64,000 nucleotides of DNA from Raja brachyura (GCA_963514005.1 OY740793.1:15748001-15812000); one strand, 5' to 3'; counted from the stretch's first letter, positions 39,801 through 50,227 are shown. Notes: generated by a model not told the origin, from the letters alone. Numbers and translations are program-made.

Positions 39801-41256
39801 CCAGCTGTTATCAGGCAACTAAACCATCCTATCAACAATTAGAGAGCAGTCCTGAACTACTAGGAAAGAACTGCAGATGCTGGTTTAAATCGAGGTAAAC
39901 ATAAAATGCTGGAGTAACTCAGCAAGACAGCATGACGTTTCGGTCTCAACCCGAAATGTCACCCAATCCTTCTCTCCAGAGATGCTGCCTGTCCCGCTGA
40001 GTTACTCCAGCATTTTGTTATAGTCCTCAATTACTATTTACCTTTCAAGTGGGAGTTAGATTTAGCTCTTAGGGCTAAAGGAATCGAGGGATAAGGGGAA
40101 AAAGTAGGAACGGGTACTAATTTTAGATGATCAGCCATGATCATATTGAATGTCGGTGCTGGCTCGAACGGCCTACTCCTGTACCTATCTTTCTATGTAA
40201 TTGTAGACCTTCAAACTATCTTTGACCGGACTTTACTGGCTTTATCTTGTACTAAATGTTATTCACATTATTCCCTTTAGCACTGTAAATAGCTAGATTG
40301 TAATCATGTATTGTCTTTCCGCTGATTGGATAGCACGAGGGTTAATGGGGAAAGGGGAAAAGGGTGGATGGTGGGGGGGGGGGGAGAGGGGAGGTTGGAT
40401 GAGGGGGGGGGAAGAGGGGAGGGTGGATGAGGGGGGGAAGAGGGGAGGGTGGATGAGGAGGGGGGAAGAGGTGTGGGTGGATGAGGGGGTAGAGGGGAGG
40501 GTGGATGAGGGAGGGGAGGGTGGATGAGGGGGGGAGGGTGGATGAGGGGGGTCTGAGGGTGGATGAGGGGGGGACTGGGGAGGGTGGATGAGGGGGGGAC
40601 TGGGGAGGGTGGATGACGGGGGGGGAGAGGGGAGGGTGGGATGAGGGGGGAAGGGAGGGTGGATGAGGGGGGAAGAGGGGAGGGTGGATGAGGGGAGGGT
40701 GGATGAGTGAGGGGGAGAGTGGATGAGGGGGGGAAGAGGGGGGAGGGTGGATGAGGGGTGGAAGAGGGGAGGGTCGATGAGGGGGGAAAAGGGGAGGGTG
40801 GGGGATGGGGATGGGGCGGGTGGATGAGGGAGGAAAAGGGGAAGGGAGGGGGGATGAGGGGGTGGAGAGTATGGGGGGGAGGATGTGGTGGATGACGAGA
40901 AGCAGGGGAGGGGGATGAGGAGGGAAGGGTGGATGAGGGGGAAGAGGGGAGGGGGGTGAAGGAGGGGGAGGGAAGGGTGGATGAGGGGGGAGGATGATGG
41001 GGGAGAGAGGATGTGGTGGATGACGAGAGGAAGAGCAGGGGAGGGGGAGGAGGGGATCGGGGAGCGGACGGGTCACGGGTGGAGTGAGAGGAGGAGGAGG
41101 GAGGGAGGGAGGGAGTGGGAGAGGGGGAGGAGGAGGAGGGGGGCAGCAGGGGCCGGTGTGTTGGGGGAGAGTGGAGGGTAGATGGGGGGAGGAACAACTC
41201 TGAGGCTATGACTACCCTCCGGCAGCCCCTACCTTGGGCGTGATGATGTGCTCCAT
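12542..41256 (-). CDS. MTMR8: Myotubularin-related protein 8 (PI3P/PI(3,5)P2 phosphatase), whole spliced CDS, 14 exons, ~641 aa
   Basis: Exons 41233-41256, 33281-33403, 32505-32667, 29069-29226, 25904-26032, 25685-25819, 24143-24275, 23070-23179, 22100-22225, 19831-19880, 17620-17820, 15699-15827, 14322-14448, 12542-12859. All introns are GT-AG and phases are consistent (1926 nt). Motifs [20 protein letters not shown] and [18 protein letters not shown], plus ASB12 synteny, favour MTMR8 over MTMR6/7. Confidence 0.92.
12988..13310 (+). mobile_element. tRNA-derived V-SINE (HE1-like), full length
   Basis: Box B GGTTCGATCC; V-core GGAGTTTGCA..CTCC..CGTGGGTTTTCTCC..TTTCCTCCCAC; CR1-like tail GAAGGGCCTGTT..CTGTAT.TCTAAA. 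Confidence 0.8.
13487..13727 (-). mobile_element. CR1 3' fragment
   Basis: Near-identical to the 3' end of 6400-7728; CATAGAAA tail. Confidence 0.85.
14014..14225 (-). mobile_element. Penelope-like pLTR fragment with hammerhead core (14080-14107)
   Basis: Reverse complement matches the ORF end (ATTTTCTCAATTCTGTTAACCC) and pLTR of the 20090-21083 element; CUGAAGA-A-GGG...CCC-GAAAC-GUU. Confidence 0.8.
14322..14448 (-). CDS. MTMR8: MTMR8 exon 13 ([10 protein letters not shown]..., coiled coil)
   Basis: AG/GT flanked, 127 nt. Confidence 0.92.
14605..14860 (+). mobile_element. V-SINE
   Basis: tRNA-like head and V-core. Confidence 0.7.
15699..15827 (-). CDS. MTMR8: MTMR8 exon 12 ([10 protein letters not shown]...YRNPLY...)
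   Basis: Translated by hand; AG/GT flanked, 129 nt. Confidence 0.92.
16755..17025 (+). mobile_element. V-SINE
   Basis: GGTTCGATCC, V-core, CTAAACTAAA tail. Confidence 0.78.
17070..17560 (+). mobile_element. CR1 3' fragment (different subfamily)
   Basis: Degenerate RRFTR..PG...LSY.ERL..LGLYS.ERRRLRG; FTQRVV. Confidence 0.75.
17620..17820 (-). CDS. MTMR8: MTMR8 exon 11 (CGH...[25 protein letters not shown]...)
   Basis: Translated by hand; AG/GT flanked, 201 nt. Confidence 0.93.
18002..18565. mobile_element. PIF/Harbinger-type MITE inserted in a CR1 remnant
   Basis: ~35-bp TIR AGGGCCTGTCCCACCAGCATG..ACTCTATGCGAT; TAA TSD at 17999-18001 and 18566-18568; no transposase. Confidence 0.82.
19831..19880 (-). 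CDS. MTMR8: MTMR8 exon 10 ([17 protein letters not shown])
   Basis: Translated by hand; AG/GT flanked, 50 nt. Confidence 0.92.
20090..21083 (+). mobile_element. Penelope-like element 3' part (GIY-YIG endonuclease plus pseudo-LTR)
   Basis: Hand translation: [10 protein letters not shown]..., [47 protein letters not shown]...VAQHFN...QPLGLNIEF; pLTR with hammerhead motif. Confidence 0.9.
20991..21018 (+). ncRNA. Hammerhead ribozyme core in the PLE pseudo-LTR
   Basis: CUGAAGA-A-GGGUCUCGACCC-GAAAC-AUC. Confidence 0.55.
22100..22225 (-). CDS. MTMR8: MTMR8 exon 9, catalytic CX5R motif ([12 protein letters not shown])
   Basis: AG/GT flanked, 126 nt. Confidence 0.94.
23070..23179 (-). CDS. MTMR8: MTMR8 exon 8 ([25 protein letters not shown]...)
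   Basis: Translated by hand; AG/GT flanked, 110 nt. Confidence 0.92.
23510..23828 (-). mobile_element. V-SINE
   Basis: V-core and tail on the minus strand. Confidence 0.72.
24143..24275 (-). CDS. MTMR8: MTMR8 exon 7 ([19 protein letters not shown]...)
   Basis: AG/GT flanked, 133 nt. Confidence 0.93.
24460..24850 (-). mobile_element. V-SINE with a nested PLE hammerhead-pLTR piece (~24531-24630)
   Basis: SINE tail interrupted by CTGAAGAAGGGTCTTGACCCAAAACGTC... Confidence 0.72.
25685..25819 (-). CDS. MTMR8: MTMR8 exon 6 ([13 protein letters not shown]...VDTRPK)
   Basis: AG/GT flanked, 135 nt. Confidence 0.92.
25904..26032 (-). CDS. MTMR8: MTMR8 exon 5 (TCNTY...[16 protein letters not shown]...)
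   Basis: Translated by hand; AG/GT flanked, 129 nt; followed by an 84-nt intron. Confidence 0.92.
28166..28977. repeat. Local ~165-bp diverged direct repeat (28166-28328 and 28808-28977) in MTMR8 intron 4
   Basis: AAATTGGATATGACACGG...GAAAGCAATATGTAGCCTCC occurs twice. Confidence 0.85.
29069..29226 (-). CDS. MTMR8: MTMR8 exon 4 ([10 protein letters not shown]...NENYE)
   Basis: AG/GT flanked, 158 nt. Confidence 0.92.
31265..31929 (+). mobile_element. CR1 3' fragment
   Basis: ORF 31229..31837; TTTCTATG tail. Confidence 0.92.
31995..32485 (+). mobile_element. Rex1/Babar-type LINE 3' fragment (a related piece spans ~39555-40340)
   Basis: Degenerate [14 protein letters not shown]..., IIKD.SHP.HSLF.PLP; ends GTGACAATAAA. 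Confidence 0.6.
32505..32667 (-). CDS. MTMR8: MTMR8 exon 3 ([13 protein letters not shown]...LSQP)
   Basis: AG/GT flanked, 163 nt. Confidence 0.92.
33281..33403 (-). CDS. MTMR8: MTMR8 exon 2 (PH-GRAM; [10 protein letters not shown]...RKETW)
   Basis: CAG|GTA acceptor, TGG|GT donor, 123 nt. Confidence 0.92.
34860..35760 (-). mobile_element. CR1 3' fragment
   Basis: ORF 35002..35436 LVRPHLEYC. Confidence 0.88.
36735..37020 (-). mobile_element. V-SINE
   Basis: V-core and tail on the minus strand. Confidence 0.75.
38378..39557 (-). mobile_element. CR1 LINE, 5'-truncated
   Basis: ORF 38469..39485 RT; CATAGAAA tail. Confidence 0.93.
40345..41195 (+). repeat. G-rich minisatellite (GGGTGGATGAGGGG-type unit) at the 5' end of MTMR8 intron 1
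   Basis: Many degenerate gagggtggatgaggggg units; nearly C-free on the + strand. Confidence 0.9.
41233..41256 (-). CDS. MTMR8: MTMR8 coding exon 1 (MEHIITPK)
   Basis: GCCATGG Kozak ATG at 41256; AAG|GTAG donor. Confidence 0.9.
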
Positions 41257-41720
41257 GGCGGGGTCTGGCAGCGCAGAGCAGCGTCCCCTGCCCCGGGCGG
41301 GTGTGTGTGTGTGTGGGCGGGAGGGAGAGAGGGGGCGGTCAGGCGCCGGGCTGGGGCAGCGCCTCAGAGCGGCCGGACGCCGCCACCACCACCGTCAGCC
41401 GCCGCCATTTCCGGCAGCCCAGCACCACGTGACCCGCGGCCGCCAGCCCCGCCCCCGGGCAGGAGGGGCACCGTGCTCTCGCGAGACCCGGTGCTGAGCA
41501 GGAGGAGCGGGGCTGGCGAGGCGGGGCTAGGTGGTGGGAGGGGCTGGGCTGGATGAGGGACGGGGCTGGATGATGGGCGGGGCTTGGTGAGGGGCGGGGC
41601 TAGGCGGTGGGAGGGGCTGGAGGGTGGGCGGGGCTGGGTGATGGGCGGGGCTATATGAGGAGCGGGGCTTCTAGGGGGCGGGGCTCGATTAGGGGGCGAG
41701 GCTAGTAGAGGGGCGGGTCC
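41257..41720 (-). promoter_or_regulatory. MTMR8 CpG-island promoter / 5' UTR
   Basis: GC- and CpG-rich. GCCGCCATTTCCGG (YY1 plus ETS) at 41401-41414, CACGTGAC E-box at 41426-41433, TCTCGCGAGA palindrome at 41477-41486, multiple GGGCGGGG GC boxes at 41520-41720. Confidence 0.8.
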
Positions 41721-42094
41721 TTCCTTGCCCATCAATCTTTGGCTTAAGGGGCTGTCCCACTGTGGCAACTTAATTCGTGAGTTCAGACGCGTTTGTCCTC
41801 GACGTTTTGGGTTGAGACCCTTCTTCAGACTGATGTCAGGGGAGTGGGCGGTAGCAGAGACCCAGATCCTTGGGCCCAGCCTGCCCAAGGTGCCCCATTT
41901 ACACCAGTTCCCCCTTGCCCTCCTTTGACACATACCCTTCTAAACCTGTCCTTCTATCCATGTCAAGTACTCCAGTACTTTGCGGTGCAGGCTCGAAGGG
42001 CCGAATGGCCTACTCCTGCACACCTAATTTCTATGTTTCAAAAGTGAAGAGTCATTTGGCCCAAACGGAACAATGAAATGACCACAGAACAAAG

Positions 42095-42350
42095 GAGGAT
42101 GAGAGGGGATCTTATAGAGACATAACATTTTCTCAATGGATTGGACAGGCTAAATGCAGGAAAAATATTCCCATGTTGGGGGAGTCCAGAACCAGGGGTC
42201 ACGGTGTAAGAATAAGGGGTAGCCCATTTAAGAGTGAGATGAGGAAAATACGTTTCACCCAGAGAATTGTGAATCTGTGGAATTCTCTGCCACAAAAGGC
42301 AGTGGAGGCCAATTCACTGGATGTTTTCCAGAGAGAGTTAGATATAGCTC
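42095..42350 (+). mobile_element. CR1 3' fragment
   Basis: [10 protein letters not shown]...FTQRIVNLWNSLPQ. Confidence 0.75.
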
Positions 42351-42478
42351 TTTTCCCAAATGTCACCCATTCATTCTCTCCAGAAATGCTGCCTCTCCCT
42401 CTCAGTTACTCCAGCTTTCTGTGTCTATCTTTATGTAAACATAGTACTCTGTAAACAATATAATAAAAAAAACAAAGC

Positions 42479-43960
42479 TACCAATTCCTGGACTACACCT
42501 CCTCCCACCCTGCCCCTTGCAAAGACACTATCTCCTTCTCTCAATTCCTTTGGCTCTGCCACATCTGCTCCCAAGATGAGGCTTTCCATTCTAGGACATC
42601 CGAGAAGTACTCTTTCTTTAGTAATGTGAATTTCCCACCCCCAGCTATCATCGTTGGATCCATCACCCGTGTCTCCTCTGTGTCCCATGGTTTGGCTCCC
42701 ACTCCCCCTTGTCCCAGATGGAATGAGGATAGATGGAGGTTCTTACCTTTGACTGCACAGCCGGTCATAGTGCGAACTCTATCAAGTTCGCCGATGACAC
42801 CACTGTGGTTGGACGAATCACAAATGGGAACTAGTCAGAGTATAGAAGTGAGATCGACCGACTGACCAAATGGTGCGAGCACAACAACCTGGCTCTCAAC
42901 ATCAGTAAGACCAAGGAACTGATTGTGGGTTTAGTAGGGGAAGGATGAGGACCACAATCCTGTTTATATCAATGGTGGAGTGGGTCAATAACTGCAAATT
43001 CCTGGGTGTGCATGTATCAGAAGATCTTTCCTGGACCTTGCACACCGATGCAATTGTAAAGAAGGCACATCAGCGACTCTACTGCCTAAGAAGATTACAT
43101 AGATTCGGAATGTCGAAGAGGATTCTCCTAAACTTCTACAGGTGCACGATAGAGAGCATTCTGACTGGTTGCATCATGGCCTGGTTCGGCAACTTGAACG
43201 TCCAGGAGCGAAAAAGACTACAAAAAGTTATGACCGCTGCCCAGTCCATCACCGGCTTTGACCTCCCCACCGTCGAAGGGATCTATCATAGTCGCTGCCT
43301 CAAAAAAGCAGCCAAAATCATCAAGGACCCACACCATCCTGGCTACATACTCATCTCACCACTGCCATCAGGAAGAAGGTACAGGAGCATGAAGACTGTA
43401 ATGTCCAGGTTCAGGAACAGCTCTTCCCCACAGCCATCAGGCTATTAAACACAACGAATAAGCTATGAGCTCTGAACTGCAAAAGGACTATATTATTATT
43501 TGTTATTTGCACTATATTTGTTATTTATTGAACTTTTTCTTTTTTTTCCCCGTTATATACAATGTTTACATATTCACATATTCTGTTGTGCTGTAGCAAG
43601 TAAGAATTTCATGTTCCCGTCCGGGACATATGACTCTTGACTTGGCCCTTTCACAAGCCTCCACGTCCAATCCATCATCCCCTTACATTTCCACCCTCTT
43701 CAACATGATCCTACCACAAGTCACATGTTTCCATCCCCCACTTCTTTCCACCATCTGTAGAGACCATTCCCTCCTCAACTCCTCGGTTCATTCATCCCTT
43801 CCCATCCAAACCGTCCCCTCCCAGGTACTTTCCCATTGTGAGCGAAGATGATGTAACACCTGTCCCTATACCGCCTCCCTCACATCCATCCATGGACCCA
43901 AGCAGTCCTTCCAGGTGAGACAGAGGTTCATGTGCACCTCCTCTAACCGCATCTACCTGG
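42479..43960 (+). mobile_element. Older Penelope-like element fragment interrupted by a Rex1/Babar LINE
   Basis: LDYTSSHPAPCKDTISFSQF..L..ICS (PLE RT C-terminus) at 42490-42570; resumes ~43645 with ...FQVRQRFMCTSSN.IY. Confidence 0.75.
42745..43644 (+). mobile_element. Rex1/Babar-type LINE 3' fragment
   Basis: IKFADDTTVVG, NNLALNISKTKELIV, KFLGVH.SEDLSW, KKAHQRLY, FYRCTIESIL, LPSGRRYRS; GACTT-type tail. Confidence 0.82.
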
Positions 43961-45052
43961 CAACACTATGTACGTGGAGCAAAACACAAAGTGCTGGCAG
44001 CAGTCAATGGGTCAGGGCAGCATCTGTGGAGGAAATGGACAGACGACATTTGCTGCAGAATCCTTCATTTCATTTCCTCCACAGATGCTGCTTGACATAC
44101 TGAGTTACACCAGAACTTTGTGTTTTGCATAGGATTCTGAAGTTCTTTATGTCTCGTGCATTTGTATGAACTATAAATGTAAAGAAAGCCCTATACTGTT
44201 TTGTTTTTCTTATATATATATATTTTAAGAACATATGATTTTTAATTTTTTTTAAACTTCCTATGCTTTTACAATCCCCATTCACTACTTCAAGACCACC
44301 TGTTTTTGTGCTGTCAATGGAGTGTCTGTTCTGGACTCAACATTTTTTCTTCTTGGCTAATCTCCAATTAGTCAACTTTGACAAAATTCAGCTTGTCCAG
44401 TTTGCCCAACATCATGTTTATATTTATTGTCGTTGGCTTCCAAGTTCTGAAGACCTTGGTTAAACATTGTCACCATCATCTCTGAATTCTCATTGGGCCT
44501 ATTATTTTTCTATCTCAGTAACTTTCTATAGATCATTACCAAATGTTCTGCCCACTTCAGGCTATCTTTGCTCTATTGGTAGATTGTGGCTACAGTCCCA
44601 TTTTTTGTGATTCCGTTGTCAAATTCATTCACATCTGCTCTAAAAAAGGATCCCTTTGGATCCCTCGTGGTCAGTATGAGATATTATGGAACATTTTTTA
44701 AATTAAAGCACTGTATAAAAATGCCAGCAATTAATAATGGTATACCCAAATCTTCTTTGTCTGCTGGGAACTAAATAAAAAGCTCTGGCCCTTGGAATCC
44801 ATCATATTTTAAACTCTCCAATTTGCGCCAAATTAGTTTATCTGACTGGCCATCTATTTTACTTTGGAGTCACGTGGGTGATTCCGTGAAGAAGGCCCGC
44901 CAGTGCGCATGCTCATCATTACGTCAGACGCATGGCGTAACGACAGGCTGGAGAGCGCAGCTTCACCAGCGGTAAGTTTAAAAACTCACAGGTAAGTTTT
45001 AAACTATGCTGCGAATGCCCCTAAGTTCCATAAGGCTGGTTTCAGGAGCGAG

Positions 45053-46246
45053 GTGTGCGCCGACAAAATCAGAGAAACTGACCGCAGGACCGCGGCCAGC
45101 GGGCGGGCGCTTATGCCGGCTCCAGAACCGCCGGCAGTACAGCCAGCGGCAGCGACTCCGGTGCCACAGAGCACCATGGCCACTCCAGTCGGGAGGAAGG
45201 CCAAAAGAAAGTCAGTAAGGCCTGTCGACTCTGATGAGTCAGGCCAAGAAGACTCCCCTCCCACCAGCAAAAACGTTTGGGGACGTCTAGATAAAATGAA
45301 ACACATCTTAGAAAGAATACTCAATCATGAGGTGTCCCAACCAGGGTTTTATACCCCCGGGTTTCCTCAGCAGCACTCAGCAGCAAACTCCGGCAGAGGT
45401 TCATATAGGGAAGAACTGTACCTTCAGGAGGAACCATATGTCCACGAGTCTGCATGGGGGCCCATACCAGCAGCGCCAGGTCAAAGGCTGCATGATACCT
45501 CCCTTGTGCATGAGCAGGGAGAGCCAGGGCAGTATGACTCTGACCGTGAAGTTGGTGGTATAGCAGAGGAGCATACCCCAAAGCACATGAGCTTAGCTCC
45601 AGGTGTGCCGGATGTGGCATGTAAATTCACCATACCGGCTGGTGAGGAAATGTAGGAAAATCTGGCCAGGAACATCAATTATATGGCCTCTCATTGCTCC
45701 ACGAATCCATTATTGATGAAACTTCTAAGAGATACGAAACACCTGTAAACTGTGCATCGCTCAGAGTGCCCACAATGAACCAGGCCATCTGGGGGGCAAA
45801 TGGGCGCAACCATGCGGTTGCATGAGTTAAGGCTGCAAAAAGTCTTAAAATTAATCGGAGCAGGAATAACGGCATTTTGGCGGACAGTCGAAGGGGCACC
45901 ACTATCGAACACACAGCAGGATATGTTGGCCCTGCTGTGTAATGCCCACTTCTAAGTTAATTGCCTAAGAAAAACCACCATCAAGCCTACGCTCAACCCA
46001 AGATTCGCAGCCTTATGCAGATCCTCCAACATTCAGCCACCAAACATATTGTTTGGGAAGGATCTAGCAAAACAAGTCAAGGACTTGGATGACGAGGCAA
46101 AGACGATCGGCCTCATTAAAACACATTCCTCAGGCAGGATGCCACCTCGTCGACCATACCCCTTCAGATGGGTCACAGACGCTGGTGCAGGGCTCTTCCA
46201 TCACTACGCCATTGACATGCACCAGTCACACCCCCAACAGAACTAG
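45053..46246 (+). pseudogene. DIRS ORF1 (gag-like), interrupted by stops/frameshifts
   Basis: ORF 45053..45655, then LRVPTMNQAIW and LFGKDLAKQVK segments. The homologous GR.AKRKS.RPV.SDES segment is also in DIRS copy 2. Confidence 0.65.
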
Positions 46247-46268
46247 GAGACAAAGGAATCCAGCAACT

Positions 46269-49200
46269 ATGGAGGTCCGAGTAACTGGACTTGACCAGGA
46301 CATATCCTCTAGAGACCAGTCGCCAGTAGGGGGTAGATTGCAATTGTTCTACGATGAATGGTGCTGAATAACATCAGATCCGTTTATACTGGACAGTATC
46401 CGGGGGTCTCGAATTGAGTTTATCTCTGAATTACATGCACCCATACCACATACACCAAGTCCGGTATTGGTGTTTTCAAAACCAGAAACTCTACAGGTAA
46501 ATGATGAAATTGAAATATTATTCAAAAAAGTGGTCATTGAAAGGACGGCTCATCAGCCTCAACAATTTGTGTCTAATATATTCCCCAGGCAAAAGAAGAG
46601 GATGGTGGGTGTCGAGTTATTCTAGACCTAATCCGACTGAACTCCTATGTCAAAGAATCATAGAATCATACAAAATAGGTGCAGGAGTAGGCCATTCGGC
46701 CCTTTGAGCCTGCACCGCATGATCATGGCTGATCATCCTATTCAGTATCCTGTACCTGCCTTCTCCCCATACCCCCTGATCCCTTTAGCCACAAGGGCCA
46801 CATTTAACTCCCTCTTAAATATAGCCAATGAACTGGCGTCAACTACCTTCCATGGCAGAGAATTCCACAGACTAACACTCTGTGAAAAATGATTTTCTCA
46901 TCTCGGTCCTAAAAGACTTCCCCCTTATGCTTAAACTGTGACCCCTTGTTCTGGAGTTCCCCAACATCGGGAACAATCTTCCTGTATCTAGCCTGTCCAA
47001 CCCCTTAAGAATTTTGTAAGTCTCTATAAGATTCCCCCTCAATCTCCTAAATTCCAGCGAGTACAAGCCGAGTCTATTCAGTCTTTCTTCATATGGAAGT
47101 CCTGCCATCCCAGGAATCAGTCTGGTGAACCTTCTCTGTACTCCCTCTATGGCAAGAATGTCTTTCCTCAGATTAGGAGACCAAAACTGTACACAATACT
47201 CCAGGTGTGGCCTCACCAAGACCCTGTACAACTGCAGTAGAACCTCCCTGCTCTTGTACTCAAATCCTTTTGCTATGAATGCCAACATACCATTCGCTTT
47301 CTTCACAGCCTGCTGCACCTGCATGCCTACTTTCAATGACTGGTGTACCATGACACCCAGGTCTCGTTGCATCTCCCCTTTTCCTAATCGGCCACCGTTC
47401 AGATAATAGTCTACCCTCCTGTTTTTGCCGCCAAAGTGGATAACCTCACATTTATCCACATTATACTGCATCTGCCATGCATTTGCCCACTCACCCAACC
47501 TATCCAGATCACCTTGCAGCCTCCTAGCATCCTCCTCACAGCTAACACTGCCCTCCAGCTTCGTGTTATCCGCAAACTTGGAGATGTTGCATTCAATTCC
47601 CTCATCCAGATCATTAATATATATTGTAAATAGCTGGGGTCCCAGCACTGAGCCTTGCGGTACCCCACTAGTCACTGCCTGCCATTCTGAAAAGGGCCCG
47701 TTTACTCCTACTCTTTGTTTCCTGTCTGCCAGCCAGTTCTCTATCCATATCAATACTGAACCCCCAATACCATGTGCTTTAAGTTTGAATGCTAATCTCT
47801 TATGTGGGACCTTGTCAAAAGCCTTCTGAAAGTCCAGATATAACACATCCACATGTTCTCCCTTATCCACTCTACTAGCTACATCCTTGAAAAATTCTAT
47901 AAGATTCGTCAGACAGGATTTACCTTTCATAAATCCATGCTGACTTTGTCCAATGATTTCACCACTTTCCAAATGTGCTGCTATCCCATCTTTGACAACT
48001 GACTCTAGCATTTTCCCCACTACCGATGTTAGACTAACTGGTCTGTAATTCCCTGTTTTCTCTCTCCCTCCCTTTTTAAAAAAGTGGGGTTACATTTGCT
48101 ACCCTCCAATCCTCAGGAACTACTCCAGATTCTAAGAGTTTTGAAAAATTATCACTAATGCATCCATTTCTGGGGCTACTTCCTTAAGTACTCTGGGATG
48201 CAGCCTATCTGGCCAGGGGAATTTATCGGCCTTTAATCCATTCAATCTACCTAACACCACTTCCCGGCTAACCTGGATTTCACTCAGTTCCTCCATCTCA
48301 TTTGACCCCCGGTCCCCTGCTATTTCCGGCAGATTATTTATGTCTTCCTTAGTGAAGACAGAACCAAAGTAGTTATTCAATTGGTCTACCATGTCCTTGT
48401 TCCCCATGATCAATTCACCAGTTTCTGACTGCAAGGGACCTACATTTATTTTAACTAATCTTTTTCTCTTCACATATCTATAAAAACTTTTGCAGTCTGT
48501 TTTTATGTTCCCTGCCAGTTTTCTTTCATAATCTATTTTCCCTTTCCTAATTAAGCACTTTGTCCTCCTCTGCTGGACTGAATTTCTCCCAGTCCTCTGG
48601 TAGGCTGCTTTTTCTGGCTAATTTGTATGCTTCATCTTTAGTTTTGATACTATCCCTGATTTCCCTTGTTATCCAGTATAAACATTTTAAAATGGAAACT
48701 TTCAGTACTGCTAAGCAACTGGCTTCCAAAGGATGTTATATGGCGAGTATAGATCTGAAAGATGCATATTATTCAGCACCAATTCACCACAAATACCGTA
48801 GATACTAGAAATTTAGTTGGATGAGGCAGCTGTGGCAATTTAAAACTTTGCCCAATGAGTTAACCTCAGCCCCTAGGTTATTTACAAAATTGTTGAAACC
48901 AGTATTAGGACTACTCCGGGCTCAGAATCACATTGTGACGGCATACTTGGATGATGTTCTGATCATAGGCAATACTCACGAGGCAGCTAAATTGTTGGTT
49001 TCAGATACCAAACATATGTTTGAGAGGTTAGGTTTCCTCATCTATCCAACTAAATCCAAATTAATGCCATTTAGAATCATTGACTATTTTGGGTTCACCA
49101 TTGATTCAACTAACATGTCAGTGACTCTGCCTATGGCCAAAGCTTTAGAAATTATGGAGGCCTGCAGCAATCTGGTAGATGAACAGCAACCCTCCATCCG

Positions 49201-50227
49201 ACGAGTGGCCAGTTTTATTGGCAAATTAGTGGCGGCTTTCCCTGGAGTGCAATTCGGGCCTCCACACTATCAGAATGTGCAACGAGCTAAGGAACAGCCA
49301 CTCAAAAAACACGCGGGTCATTTCGATAGATCAATGCAGTTGCCAGTCAAAGCTATCACCGAGTTGCAATGGTGGATAACTAATTTTTCATGTTGTACTA
49401 GAAACATTCTGACTAAACAACCTTCAGTTGTTTTACAAACTGATGCGAGTGCTTCGGGTTGGGGAGCCACTGATACCAATTCTAGCTGTGGCGGCAGATG
49501 GAGTGTGCAAGAGGCATTGATCCTGCAGATGCATGGGATAAACTATTTAGAATTGTTGGGGGCATTCTATGGCCTAAAAGCGTACTGTTCAACAATACAT
49601 GATTCACATGTTCAACTCCAGATTGACAATACCACAGCTGTTGCACATATCAATCACATGGGTGGAATTAAATCATCATCATGTGATAATCTGGCTAACC
49701 TCATCTGGCACTGGTGTATTACGAGAAACATCTGGGTCCCAGCAATCTACCTACCAGGTAGAGATAACGTGGTGGCAGACACCAGGTCGTGTAAATTTAA
49801 TGACAACACAGAATGGATGCTGAATCCAAAGGTTTTCAAAAAGATTGTCACCCAGTATGGATTGCCAGACATAGGTCTGTTTGCATCCAGGCTGAATCAC
49901 CAGTTACCTAAATACATCTCATGGGAACCGGATCCAGGGGCAGTAGCGGTGGATGCATTCTTGCTACATTGGGGAGGTATGTTCTTTTACGCTTTTCCCC
50001 CATTCTGCCTTATCAGTCAATGTCTCACCAAAATTAAGCAGGACTCCGCTTCAGGCGATTTGGTAGTTCCTGACTGGGCCACACGGCCATGGTTCCCATT
50101 GGTTCTGAGACTGATGACACAGCCATTCATGGTTATCCCCAAATGCAGCAACTTGTTGGTTCACCCTGTGACAGGAGAGAGTCACCCTTTACATGATCGT
50201 ATTAATCTGTTGATTTGCAGATTCTGA
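46269..50227 (+). pseudogene. DIRS RT / RNase H / methyltransferase-like ORF, split by a CR1 insertion
   Basis: PVGGRL..., CRVILDL..LNSYV|QYKHFKME, SIDLKDAYY, AYLDDVLI, QTDASASGWG, INYLELL, IDNTTAV, LFASRLN...YAFPPF. Confidence 0.9.
46652..48674 (-). mobile_element. CR1 (HER1-like) LINE, 5'-truncated, inserted in the DIRS RT
   Basis: ORFs 46872..48020 and 48132..48473 (YLDFQKAFDKVPH, GVPQGSVLGP, KFADNTK); (ATTCTATG)n tail; DIRS frame resumes on both sides. Confidence 0.93.

Noticed and set aside
40304-41197. Long Pro/Ser/His-rich ORFs (297 and 244 aa)
   Set aside because: Translations of the G-rich minisatellite in intron 1; low complexity with no splice or domain support.
41234-41933. ORFs across the CpG island
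   Set aside because: GC-rich stop-poor promoter DNA; only the 8-codon MTMR8 exon 1 is supported.
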